From positions 540,001-572,000 of the forward strand of contig NZ_CP046534.1 in the NCBI RefSeq assembly GCF_009827135.1: 32,000 bases of DNA. Direction: 5' to 3'. This DNA is from Blochmannia endosymbiont of Camponotus nipponensis. Its GTDB lineage: Bacteria; Pseudomonadota; Gammaproteobacteria; Enterobacterales; Enterobacteriaceae. The position numbers were made by a program, and so were the translations under genes. Shown piece by piece: positions 19,765 to 28,575 of this stretch; position 1 is the first letter of the stretch; each line of letters starts with the position of its first letter. The notes below the pieces were generated by a model that had not been told where the DNA came from, ran no database searches, and worked only from the letters and a program-made list of their open reading frames with translations.

Positions 19765-20107
19765 AATTACAAGTAACCCCTTATATAAGGGTGATTATTT
19801 TAATTTTTTAGAGATTTTTTTGTGTGTGATATTATTGTCAGGTTGTTCTTTTGGACCATATCAGGAAGATCGTTGTAGACTTAATGGTAATTTAGGGTAT
19901 TTAAATACTACACCCTTGGCTGAATTAAATTTACCAGAAGATTTGGATGTTATATTACCCATATCATATGATGACTATGTTGTCCCTGTTATCAAAAAAT
20001 TTAATTCTAGTACTCAAAAAGTAGGTAAGCAATTGAATATATGTCCTCCATCAGTCTTATCTACAGATATATTGCATGAATCTTGTTTGATTAACATTGA
20101 AGATTAA
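19754..20107 (+). CDS. bamC: Truncated outer-membrane lipoprotein BamC (NlpB), N-terminal third only
   Basis: About 117 aa from the ATG at 19754, which overlaps the dapA end by 11 nt; the ORF is open from 19739. It has a signal peptide with the lipobox [36 protein letters not shown]...[10 protein letters not shown] aligns with E. coli BamC [29 protein letters not shown]...VGKALDIRPP. The ORF stops at about E. coli residue 100 of 344, and only 135 nt remain before dapE. It sits immediately after dapA as in E. coli. Confidence 0.75.
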   Translation: MLNEITSNPLYKGDYFNFLEIFLCVILLSGCSFGPYQEDRCRLNGNLGYLNTTPLAELNLPEDLDVILPISYDDYVVPVIKKFNSSTQKVGKQLNICPPSVLSTDILHESCLINIED

Positions 20108-20242
20108 TTTTGGAGTTAAATCTGCATCTTGTATACCTTTATCTTTGGATGTGCGCAGAGTATTGTATAAAAACGATAATTATATAATGATGATTATACA
20201 CAACCAATCTTAGCATTTTTGTGATATATTATGAGATTAATA

Positions 20243-21403
20243 TTAATCATGTGTTAGTAGTATATCTTCTATGATCTTTTGATATATAGAATGAAGTAAT
20301 TTTAAATCGATTAGATCGATATACTCGTTGATTTTATGAATAGTATGATTACGTGCGCCTAATTCTATGACTTCTGCTCCCATCTTAGCAATAAAGCGTC
20401 CATCAGAAGTACCGCCTGTAGTTTCTAAGCGAGGTGTAAATTTTTGATAATATTTCACTGCATTGATTACAACATTAGTTAATTTTCCAGGTTTGCTAAA
20501 ATAAGGTTCTGCAGAAAGTTTCCAATCAACATGATAATTTAAAGTATGGTGTCTGAATATTTCATTCGTATACTTTTTAATTTTATTAATAGGACATTTG
20601 TCATTAAATCGAAAATTACAGTTTAGTATAACGTTTTGAGGTATGACATTATTGCTATTATTATTGTTATTAGTATAAATATTGCTAATTTGAACAGCAG
20701 TAGGAGGAAATAATCTACTTATTTCTTTGTCCCATGTAGTTTTTAAGAGATTTGATAATGCTGGAATAACTAAATGTATTGGATTTTTAGAAAATTGAGG
20801 ATACGCTACATGTCCTTGTGTCCCGTGTATTGTTAATTTCGCAGTAAGTGAACCGCGTCTTCCATTTTTTATAACATCGCCTAATTGTTGTTGACTAGAT
20901 GGTTCACCTACTATGCAATAATCTATGTGTTCGTTGCGCATTATTAGAGTATCTACAACTTTTGTGGTTCCGTTGATACCAGTTCCTTCTTCGTCAGAAG
21001 TGATGAGAAACGCAAGTCGTCCTTGGTAATTAGAATTTTGAGTGATGAAATTGTTAGCCGCTACTAACATAGCTGCTAACGCGCCTTTCATATCCACTGT
21101 ACCTCTTCCATTTAATGTATTATCATTGATTAATCCTGAAAACGGGGGGTAATTCCAACACTGCAGATCTCCAGGATCTACCACATCAGTATGCCCGATA
21201 AATAATAATGTGCGTTTTTGATTTCTTTTACAACTATGAAATGCCCAAAGATTAAGAGTATCATTAAAATGCATTAGTTCTATATTAAAACCTAGTTTTT
21301 GTAAATAATTTGTAATAATTTCATGACAAATATGATGTTTGGGGTTTACTGAAGGTTGCTGAATTAATTTTTGAGCTAGTGTTATTAGCGGTGAATCATT
21401 CAT
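20243..21403 (-). CDS. dapE: Succinyl-diaminopimelate desuccinylase
   Basis: 386 aa. Contains the M20 motifs GHTDVV, GRGT-DMKGALAAM, RLAFLITSDEEG, CIVGEPS, VIKNGRRGSL, HG-QGHVAYP and TTGGTSDGRFIA. It is collinear with E. coli DapE apart from an Asn-rich insertion (YTNNNNNSNN). Confidence 0.96.
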   Translation of the reverse strand: MNDSPLITLAQKLIQQPSVNPKHHICHEIITNYLQKLGFNIELMHFNDTLNLWAFHSCKRNQKRTLLFIGHTDVVDPGDLQCWNYPPFSGLINDNTLNGRGTVDMKGALAAMLVAANNFITQNSNYQGRLAFLITSDEEGTGINGTTKVVDTLIMRNEHIDYCIVGEPSSQQQLGDVIKNGRRGSLTAKLTIHGTQGHVAYPQFSKNPIHLVIPALSNLLKTTWDKEISRLFPPTAVQISNIYTNNNNNSNNVIPQNVILNCNFRFNDKCPINKIKKYTNEIFRHHTLNYHVDWKLSAEPYFSKPGKLTNVVINAVKYYQKFTPRLETTGGTSDGRFIAKMGAEVIELGARNHTIHKINEYIDLIDLKLLHSIYQKIIEDILLTHD

Positions 21404-21451
21404 GTAGTATTTTCCTAATTACAATAGTTGTGCTTAGTACGGTATCGCAAG

Positions 21452-21501
21452 TTCAATATCACATATGATTGAATATACATTCAATCATATGTGATATTGA
21501 A
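21452..21501. repeat. Perfect 23-bp inverted repeat with a 4-nt loop between tkt and dapE
   Basis: TTCAATATCACATATGATTGAAT-atac-ATTCAATCATATGTGATATTGAA; all 23 pairs were verified. On the minus strand it lies 70 nt downstream of the tkt stop and 49 nt upstream of the dapE start. No U-tract follows on either strand. Confidence 0.9.
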
Positions 21502-21570
21502 ATAATAAATTATTCATATTTATAAGCATATAAAATTTGTTTATGAAACTGCATGTTTTTGATTGCCTGT

Positions 21571-23571
21571 TTATTTAAGATTTTTTAATAGTTTATATGA
21601 TTTTTTGATTATATAATCTACAGTAAAGTCAAAAAATTTAAATAATTGATTTGATGGAGCTGATTTTCCAAATGTATTCATGCCGATAATTTCACCATAT
21701 AATCCAACATATTTATACCAATAATCAATACTGCTAGCTTCAATAGCTATTCTATTAATTACTGCATTTGGTAATATGTATTCACGGTATGATTTATCTT
21801 GCCGATCAAATATGTTAGTAGAAGGTAAAGAAATAACTCGTATTTTGTAGCCCTCTTCAGTTAAGCGATAGTATGAATTTATTGCTAATGTTATTTCTGA
21901 TCCAGTAGCAATTATAATTAATTCAGGGATATTTTGACAGTCTTTAAGAATGTATCCCCCACGAGCAATGTTATTAATTTGAGTTTCTGTGCGTTCTTGT
22001 TGCATGAGATTTTGTCTTGATAAAATCAGTGCGGTTGGTCCGTGATGTTCGATTGCTGCTTTCCAGGCGACAGCTGTTTCTACTTGATCACAGGGACGCC
22101 ATACTATTAGATTTGGAGTCATGCGTAAATTGGCTAATTGTTCTATAGGTTGATGAGTCGGGCCGTCTTCCCCTAATCCAATAGAATCATGAGTATAAAT
22201 CATGATATGGTGGCTATTCATTAATGCTGCCATACGAACAGCATTACGTGCATACTCAACAAATGTTAAAAATGTAGCAGTGTAGGGTAAAAAGGTTCCG
22301 TAATGAGCAATTCCATTTGCAATTGCAGTCATTCCAAATTCGCGTACACCATAATGAATGTAATTTCCGGCAGGATTTTTTATAATAGAAGAAGATTGAG
22401 AGCAAGTGGTTAAATTGCTAGGTGTTAAATCTGCTGATCCACCAAAAAGTTCTGGTAATTTTTTAGAAAAGGATTCAATTACAATTTGAGAAGCGTGACG
22501 TGTAGCAATGTTTTGAGGATTCATTTGTAAATTTGTAATGAATTTTTGTGTTTTTTTATGCCAATTATCAGGTAATTTTCGTTGTATTCGTCTTATTAGT
22601 TCTTTTGCTAAATTAGGATAAGTGATTTCGTATTTATAAAATAGTTGTTGCCAAGTATCTTCTTTTGTTTGACCTAGTATAGTAGCATTCCATAGTTTAT
22701 ATATTTCTTTTGGTATAATAAATTGAGGCTCATTCCAATGAAGTGCTTTTCGAGTGGCGGCAACTTCTTCTTCTCCTAATGGTGCGCCGTGGGCGTTGTG
22801 TGTTCCGCTTTTATTTGGAGCTCCAAAAGCAATAATAGTATTGCATATTAATAACGATGGTTTGTCTAATATGGCTTTGGCTTGATCAATCGCAACTTTA
22901 ATCGCGTTTCTATTATGGCCATCTATATTACGTATTACATGCCATCCATAAGATTCAAAGCGCATGGCAGTATTATCCGTAAACCATTCTGTTACATCTC
23001 CGTCTATAGAGATTCCGTTATTATCATAAAACATAATTAATTTATTTAGTTTCATAGTTCCGGCTAACGCGCAAGCTTCATGTGAAATACCTTCCATCAT
23101 GCATCCGTCTCCTAAAAATACATAGGTATAATGGTTAATGATATTAAATTGCGCGCGATTGAATTGAGCTGCTAGTGTGCGTTCAGCAATGGCGAATCCT
23201 ACAGCATTAGCGAGACCTTGTCCTAATGGACCTGTTGTAACTTCAACTCCCTCAGTGTGTCCGTATTCTGGATGGCCCGGTGTTTTAGAATGTAATTGTC
23301 TAAAATTTTTTAGATCTTCTATAGATATGTTGTATCCAGTTAAGTGTAGTACGCTATAAAGTAACATTGACCCGTGTCCATTAGATAAAACAAATCGATC
23401 TCTATTAATCCAATTTGGATTGTTAGGGTTATGATTTAAGTAGTCTCTCCATAGTACTTCAGCGATATCGGCCATCCCCATGGGACATCCTGGATGTCCA
23501 GAATTAGCTCGTTGTATGGCGTCTATGCTTAATATACGTATAGCATTAGCTAATATTCTTTCTGATAACAT
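21571..23571 (-). CDS. tkt: Transketolase (positionally equivalent to E. coli tktB)
   Basis: 666 aa. Contains [42 protein letters not shown], the TPP motif [12 protein letters not shown]...[40 protein letters not shown] and ILSRQNL. Confidence 0.97.
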   Translation of the reverse strand: MLSERILANAIRILSIDAIQRANSGHPGCPMGMADIAEVLWRDYLNHNPNNPNWINRDRFVLSNGHGSMLLYSVLHLTGYNISIEDLKNFRQLHSKTPGHPEYGHTEGVEVTTGPLGQGLANAVGFAIAERTLAAQFNRAQFNIINHYTYVFLGDGCMMEGISHEACALAGTMKLNKLIMFYDNNGISIDGDVTEWFTDNTAMRFESYGWHVIRNIDGHNRNAIKVAIDQAKAILDKPSLLICNTIIAFGAPNKSGTHNAHGAPLGEEEVAATRKALHWNEPQFIIPKEIYKLWNATILGQTKEDTWQQLFYKYEITYPNLAKELIRRIQRKLPDNWHKKTQKFITNLQMNPQNIATRHASQIVIESFSKKLPELFGGSADLTPSNLTTCSQSSSIIKNPAGNYIHYGVREFGMTAIANGIAHYGTFLPYTATFLTFVEYARNAVRMAALMNSHHIMIYTHDSIGLGEDGPTHQPIEQLANLRMTPNLIVWRPCDQVETAVAWKAAIEHHGPTALILSRQNLMQQERTETQINNIARGGYILKDCQNIPELIIIATGSEITLAINSYYRLTEEGYKIRVISLPSTNIFDRQDKSYREYILPNAVINRIAIEASSIDYWYKYVGLYGEIIGMNTFGKSAPSNQLFKFFDFTVDYIIKKSYKLLKNLK

Positions 23572-24982
23572 AAAGTGTGTTCCTATGTTGAATATTTTAA
23601 TTAAAAGAAAATTTTTCTGTTGATTCCTAGAGAATTTTTGAATACATGAAGTTAATTTTTTTATATGCTCATTTTATTAGATTATGTTATAAAAAAATTG
23701 ATTGATATACGGAAATAGGTTTTTTATAAAATTTTATTTCTAAAAGGAAATATTCTATATTTGATAGGCTGTGCATGAAAGTTTAATGATTTTTTGTTAT
23801 TTAAATAGCAATGGTTATATAATTATATTTGTTTATGTCTATGGGTTTTTAGTTGCATTATAATTAAAGTTTATAATGATATTATTAAAACAATAGTGTT
23901 TATGGTTAAGATAATTCGTATTTATTATCCACATATCCAGGGTAGTTATAAAAATTTTTATTTGCTGAATAAATGAAATCTATTATGCCAATTATAAATG
24001 AGCCCTACAATTGAAACAACTAAAGGTATATATAATTTAGCGTACACGTACTTTTGAGTCAAGGGGAATAAAAATTATTAAATTAATCCGGAGATGAGAT
24101 ATTTCTAATTTTTTCTATTGTCTTAGTGTTTATTTAATAAGAATAATTATTAGAAATTTTAATAAAAATAATAATAATGAAATGCTCTTTTGTATCTGGT
24201 TGTAGATAGACTTTTATGAGTTTACGATACTTTTATTATTATAACTTCTTTTTGGAAGGGGGGTAATTTATTTCTACTTCTATAGAAATGCGTTTAAAAC
24301 ATTGTCTAAAACATTAGCGTTAATATTAGTTATTAATGTATTGCTCGTATCAATTGTATGAGGATCAACACTATCATTCCCCTCTTTAAGATATTCTAAA
24401 GTATATTTAAGCGATGTGCCATAAGAATTAAAAAGAATTCTTTTCAAAAGGTAAGTAATAAATGGAGAATGATAGCATTGTTTGGATTGCAGTAATAAAT
24501 GATATCAATATTCACGTTGTTCTTTACAACTTCAGAAAATTTTTAACTGTTTAATTGATTCATTGTTGACTCTGTGTGATGTTATAGTTGAATGGTGTTC
24601 ATGATATTTAAAATTAGTTTAAATTTATAAAATATAATTTATTTATCATTAAATATTATGCAATCATATATTTTATATTTATAAAAATGTGTTTTATTGG
24701 AAACAGATATGTATTATCTATAATTTTGTATTATACATCACAATATGATATGTAGAGACTGTATATATTTAAAAAATGATTTGTTAATTAGTATATAAAA
24801 TATAATTTTTTATATTCAATTTTTTATTAGAATAGTAAATTTATTATAATTAATAGTAATTAATATTTAGATGTAATTTTTGATTGGAATAATTATAAAG
24901 ATCACGATGATGTGGTAGTATTTTTAATATTCAATTAGTATAATTATTAATTTTTAGGGGTAGATAATAATGTATATATTAT

Positions 24983-25010
24983 ATGATTGCATATTATAAT
25001 ATGTAATCAT
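24983..25010. repeat. 28-nt near-perfect palindrome in the tkt-cysP spacer
   Basis: ATGATTGCATATTA|TAATATGTAATCAT. The 14-nt arms have one G/T mismatch, which would be G:U in RNA. Confidence 0.7.
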
Positions 25011-25386
25011 AGATGTTACAGTATATATTTTATACTATATAATTTTTGTTTAAAATCATATGGACAATTTAATATTTTATTTTTTGTATTATATGATCTT
25101 TGGTACGTAAAAATTTACATGATTATGTAAAACAGAATTAATTAATAGCGTGATAATGTTTAAATTTATTTATAACAGCGATTTTTATTTTAAAAGAGTA
25201 TATTTTTAGATCGTAATTATCATACAAATTTAACTCTAGTTGTAATTAGAGTTGTTTAATTATATAAAAAGCAATTAATTATATTAATGGGGTTATGTGC
25301 AGAAAATAATTATTTTTTTATAATAAAAAGATTTTAGTTATAATTATAATAATTAATAATTATAATTCGATGTTTTGATGGTATTG

Positions 25387-25420
25387 ATGATTCTATATAT
25401 GCTATATAGAATCATTTTTT
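25387..25420 (+). terminator. Terminator-like hairpin (13-bp stem, 3-nt loop) followed by a T-run, with no gene upstream
   Basis: ATGATTCTATATA-tgc-TATATAGAATCAT followed by TTTTT. The stem is AT-rich, with only 2 G:C pairs. It lies about 400 nt upstream of cysP, and no ORF ends near it. Confidence 0.3.
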
Positions 25421-25465
25421 AATTATCTATTAATTTTATAAAATATTATTTTATGTATCTTAAAA

Positions 25466-25490
25466 AGAAATAGAATAATATTCTATTTCT
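25466..25490. repeat. 25-nt perfect palindrome in the tkt-cysP spacer
   Basis: AGAAATAGAATA-a-TATTCTATTTCT: 12-nt arms around a single central base, about 330 nt upstream of cysP. Confidence 0.75.
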
Positions 25491-25819
25491 ATGTTATTGT
25501 AAATTATAATATTGAATATGGTAGTTCTTTTGTAGATAATAGTACGGATGATATTTATTTAATAAAAATTATTAAATAAACTACTATATTTATAGTGATT
25601 TATTTTTTTGTAATATGTGAAAAACATAAATTTTCATTAATTAATAATTCAGCGGTATTAAAGTTAATTTGTACAATAAAAGATATTATTTATATATTAA
25701 TAATTAGTTACAAAAATTCATATGTAAATATAAAATTTATGGACGGGCTATGTTGCAATTATATGTATATTATATGAGATATTATTTTAACTGAAAGAAT
25801 AATTTCTATTTGGACGGAT

Positions 25820-26863
25820 GTGTTTGTGTGTAGATATATAATTATTATACATATTATTTTAAAATTCATTAAAATAATAGTGTTATTGTGTTATGTTTTT
25901 CATATTCCAGTCTATGGAAGGATTTTATTAAATAGTTCGTATGATGTATCTAGAGAATTATTTATAGAAATTAATTCTGATTTTATTAAATATTGGAAGG
26001 ATAAGTGTCCTGAAGATACATTGGTTATTCGTCAATCTCATGCAGGATCTACCAGACAAGCTATGGCTATATTACAAGGTCTGCGTGCAGATGTAGTCAC
26101 TTATAATCAAGTAATAGATGTACAAATTTTATATGAACGCGGACACTTGATTCCTGAAGATTGGCAGAATAGGTTGCCACATCGTAGTTCACCATTTTAT
26201 TCTACCATGGCTTTCTTGGTGCGACGAGGAAACCCAAAAGGAATTTATAATTGGTATGATTTAACTAATGAAGGGTTGAAAATAGTATTTCCTAATCCCA
26301 AAACTTCTGGTAATGGACGTTATACTTATTTAGCTGCTTGGAATGTGTTTTTGAAAAATAATGACGGAAATATATTGCAAACTCGAGTTTGGATGGAAAA
26401 ATTTTTAAAAAATGTAATAGTGTTTGATACTGGAGGACGTGCTGCGACCTCTACTTTTGTTGATCGTAAGCAAGGAGATGTATTAATTAATTTTGAATCC
26501 GAAATAAAGTTAGTTCAAAGGCAGTATGGGTCTGATAATTATGAGGTTATTATGCCGACACCGAATATTTTAGTTGAATTCCCAGTAACTTGGATAGATA
26601 AAAATGTTATTCGCAATGGCACGGAGGATATAGCGCGTGCTTATTTAGCTTATCTTTATACTCCTTCAGCGCAGAAGATTATTACTAAGTTTGGATATCG
26701 TGTAAACATAGCCGATATTATGAAAGTATATCAGAATAGATCTTTTGAGGCTCAATTATTTAGAATAGAGGATCAAGAATGTGGTAATTGGAATACTATT
26801 ATGAACACGCACTTTAAGCGTGGTGGTGAATTGGATCAATTGTTATCAATAGGACGTCGTTAA
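25820..26863 (+). CDS. cysP: Periplasmic thiosulfate/sulfate-binding protein CysP
   Basis: 347 aa. After a hydrophobic N-terminus the sequence LLNSSYDVSRELF...QSHAGS-RQA-AILQGL-ADVVTYNQV-DVQIL...SSPFYSTMAFLVRRGNPK...FPNPKTSGN-RYTYLAAW matches E. coli CysP better than Sbp. The only conventional in-frame starts after the upstream TGA (25775-25777) are GTG 25820 and GTG 25826. Confidence 0.94.
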   Translation: MFVCRYIIIIHIILKFIKIIVLLCYVFHIPVYGRILLNSSYDVSRELFIEINSDFIKYWKDKCPEDTLVIRQSHAGSTRQAMAILQGLRADVVTYNQVIDVQILYERGHLIPEDWQNRLPHRSSPFYSTMAFLVRRGNPKGIYNWYDLTNEGLKIVFPNPKTSGNGRYTYLAAWNVFLKNNDGNILQTRVWMEKFLKNVIVFDTGGRAATSTFVDRKQGDVLINFESEIKLVQRQYGSDNYEVIMPTPNILVEFPVTWIDKNVIRNGTEDIARAYLAYLYTPSAQKIITKFGYRVNIADIMKVYQNRSFEAQLFRIEDQECGNWNTIMNTHFKRGGELDQLLSIGRR

Positions 26864-27696
26864 TGTTATTTTTTTCAGTTAAATATACGTTACCTGGGTT
26901 CGGAATAGCATTTGGCAGTAGTTTGTTATTTGTTTGTTTAGTTATATTATTACCTTTAAGTGCTTTGATTATGCAACTCGCTCATATGAGCTTATCTCAA
27001 TATTGGGATGTAATTACGGACCCAGCATTATTAGTCTCTTATAAAATCACTTTATTAGCTGCTGGATCAGCAACATTATTTAATGCTATTTTTGGTATGT
27101 TAGTATCATGGGTGGTAACTAGATATCAATTTCCTGGTCAAAAATTATTAGATGCATTAATGGATTTGCCTTTTGCTTTACCTACAGCAGTAGCAGGGTT
27201 AACTTTGGCGACATTGTTTTCAACATCAGGTTGGTATGGTAACTGGTTGTCTAGAGTAGGTATTACAGTATCTTATACGTGGATAGGAATATCTATTGCG
27301 ATGATTTTTACTAGTATTCCATTCGTAGTGCGAACTGTACAACCGGTGTTGGAGGAATGTACTGTAGAATATGAAGAGGTAGCAGAAACTCTTGGAGCGG
27401 ATTATTGGCAAATTTTTTATAATGTAATTTTTCCAGAATTGGCGCCGGCTTGGTTATCTGGTGTAGTGTTATCGTTTGTACGTAGTTTAGGTGAATTTGG
27501 TGCGGTAATTTTTATAGCGGGAAATATTGCCTGGAAGAATGAAGTTATATCGTTAATTATTTTTATTCGTTTGCAGGAATTTGATTATCCAGCAGCTAGT
27601 GCTGTTGCTTCTGTAATTTTAATTATTTCTCTATTATTATTATTTCTTACTAATATATTTCAATTACGAATAAGCCGAAGGTTTAAAGGGTCTTAA
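26863..27696 (+). CDS. cysU: Sulfate/thiosulfate ABC transporter permease CysU (CysT)
   Basis: 277 aa, the same length as E. coli CysU. Contains LPGF...SLLFVCL-LLLPLSAL-MQLA, LLDALMDLPFALPTAVAGLTLA, SIPFVVRTVQPVLEE, AETLGA, RSLGEFGAVIFIAGNIAWK and RLQEFDYPAASA. The ATG overlaps the cysP TAA (TAATG). Confidence 0.97.
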   Translation: MLFFSVKYTLPGFGIAFGSSLLFVCLVILLPLSALIMQLAHMSLSQYWDVITDPALLVSYKITLLAAGSATLFNAIFGMLVSWVVTRYQFPGQKLLDALMDLPFALPTAVAGLTLATLFSTSGWYGNWLSRVGITVSYTWIGISIAMIFTSIPFVVRTVQPVLEECTVEYEEVAETLGADYWQIFYNVIFPELAPAWLSGVVLSFVRSLGEFGAVIFIAGNIAWKNEVISLIIFIRLQEFDYPAASAVASVILIISLLLLFLTNIFQLRISRRFKGS

Positions 27697-28553
27697 TGAT
27701 AAGCATATTAAAGCATTGTGTTAATAGAAATAGTAATAGCTATAACAATAATATTAAATGGAATCAATGGATTTTAATTATTGTAACTATGTTTATTTCG
27801 ATAATATTATTGTTAGTGCCTTTAATTATGATTTTTGTGGCTGCTTTTTCAGAAGGTTTTAAAATAGTGATAATAAATTTAATAAATTCAGAAATGGTAC
27901 ATGCCGTTTTTTTAACAATTGTTGTAGCGTTATTTACGGTACCTATTAATGTATTTTTTGGTGTGTTAATAGCTTGGTTAGTAACTCGTTTTAAATTTTA
28001 TGGAAGACAGTTGTTATATATTTCTTTAAATATACCTATTGCTGTTTCTCCTGTAATTGCTGGTTTATTATATTTATTATTTTATACGAATAATAATATA
28101 ATAGTAAATTGGCTTAATTTATATGATATACAAATAATATTTACATGGATAGGATTAGTATTAGTTACTATTTTTGTTACTTGTCCTTTTGTAGTACATG
28201 AGCTGGTTCCTGTAATGATTAATCAAGGAAAACAGGAAGATGAGGCAGCGATACTTCTTGGAGCATCTGGTTGGATGATGTTTCGTTATGTTACTTTTCC
28301 AAATATTCGTTGGGCTTTATTATATGGAGCTATTCTTACTAATGCTCGCGCTATTGGTGAGTTTGGAGCGGTATCTATAGTATCGGGGTTAATACGTGGT
28401 GAAACATATACTTTATCATTATATGTAGAATTATTATATCACGATTATAACATTGTAGGTGCATTTGTTGCTGCATCGTTATTAGCTTTCATTTCAATTA
28501 TTATGTTGTTTATAAAGAATTATTTACAAAGTCGTTTAAAATATATTAATTAA
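27696..28553 (+). CDS. cysW: Sulfate/thiosulfate ABC transporter permease CysW
   Basis: 285 aa. Contains AWLVTRF-F-GRQLL, IP-AVSPV-AGL-YLLFY, LVTIFVTCPFVV-ELVPVM, QEDEAAILLGASGW, PNIRWALLYG and LTNARAIGEFGAVS-VSG-IRGET. The ATG overlaps the cysU TAA (TAATG). Confidence 0.97.
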   Translation: MISILKHCVNRNSNSYNNNIKWNQWILIIVTMFISIILLLVPLIMIFVAAFSEGFKIVIINLINSEMVHAVFLTIVVALFTVPINVFFGVLIAWLVTRFKFYGRQLLYISLNIPIAVSPVIAGLLYLLFYTNNNIIVNWLNLYDIQIIFTWIGLVLVTIFVTCPFVVHELVPVMINQGKQEDEAAILLGASGWMMFRYVTFPNIRWALLYGAILTNARAIGEFGAVSIVSGLIRGETYTLSLYVELLYHDYNIVGAFVAASLLAFISIIMLFIKNYLQSRLKYIN

Positions 28554-28575
28554 TATTATGGATTCAGGATAATAC

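Noticed and set aside
20651-20674. An Asn-rich insertion (NNNNNSNN) in DapE relative to E. coli.
   Set aside because: This is ordinary AAT-codon low-complexity expansion in a surface loop of an AT-rich genome. The metal-binding and catalytic motifs are intact, so it is not a sign of pseudogenisation.
23925-23933. A perfect consensus DnaA box, TTATCCACA, in the long spacer; a possible origin-like element.
   Set aside because: It is a single box with no cluster of further boxes or adjacent 13-mer-type unwinding repeats that I could find. A rough composition-based expectation is a few tenths of an occurrence per window on both strands, so one hit is unremarkable. Blochmannia genomes are, as far as I recall, reported to lack dnaA.
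24283-24504. A 74-codon stop-free minus-strand frame (...ILFNSYGTSLKYTLEYLKEGNDSVDPHTIDTSNTLITNINANVLDNVLNAFL*) in the least AT-rich part of the tkt-cysP spacer; a possible gene relic.
   Set aside because: It has no ATG, and from the internal TTG it is under 60 codons. My rough estimate is that one stop-free run of this length is about what chance would produce in a 2.25-kb spacer read on both strands. I could not match it to TalA or any other protein from memory. It is worth including in a blastx of the spacer but is not supportable as a pseudogene.
25595-25777. A 60-codon GTG-initiated ORF just upstream of cysP.
   Set aside because: It has the same low-complexity A/T character, a non-ATG start and no recognisable domain. 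It is most likely chance.
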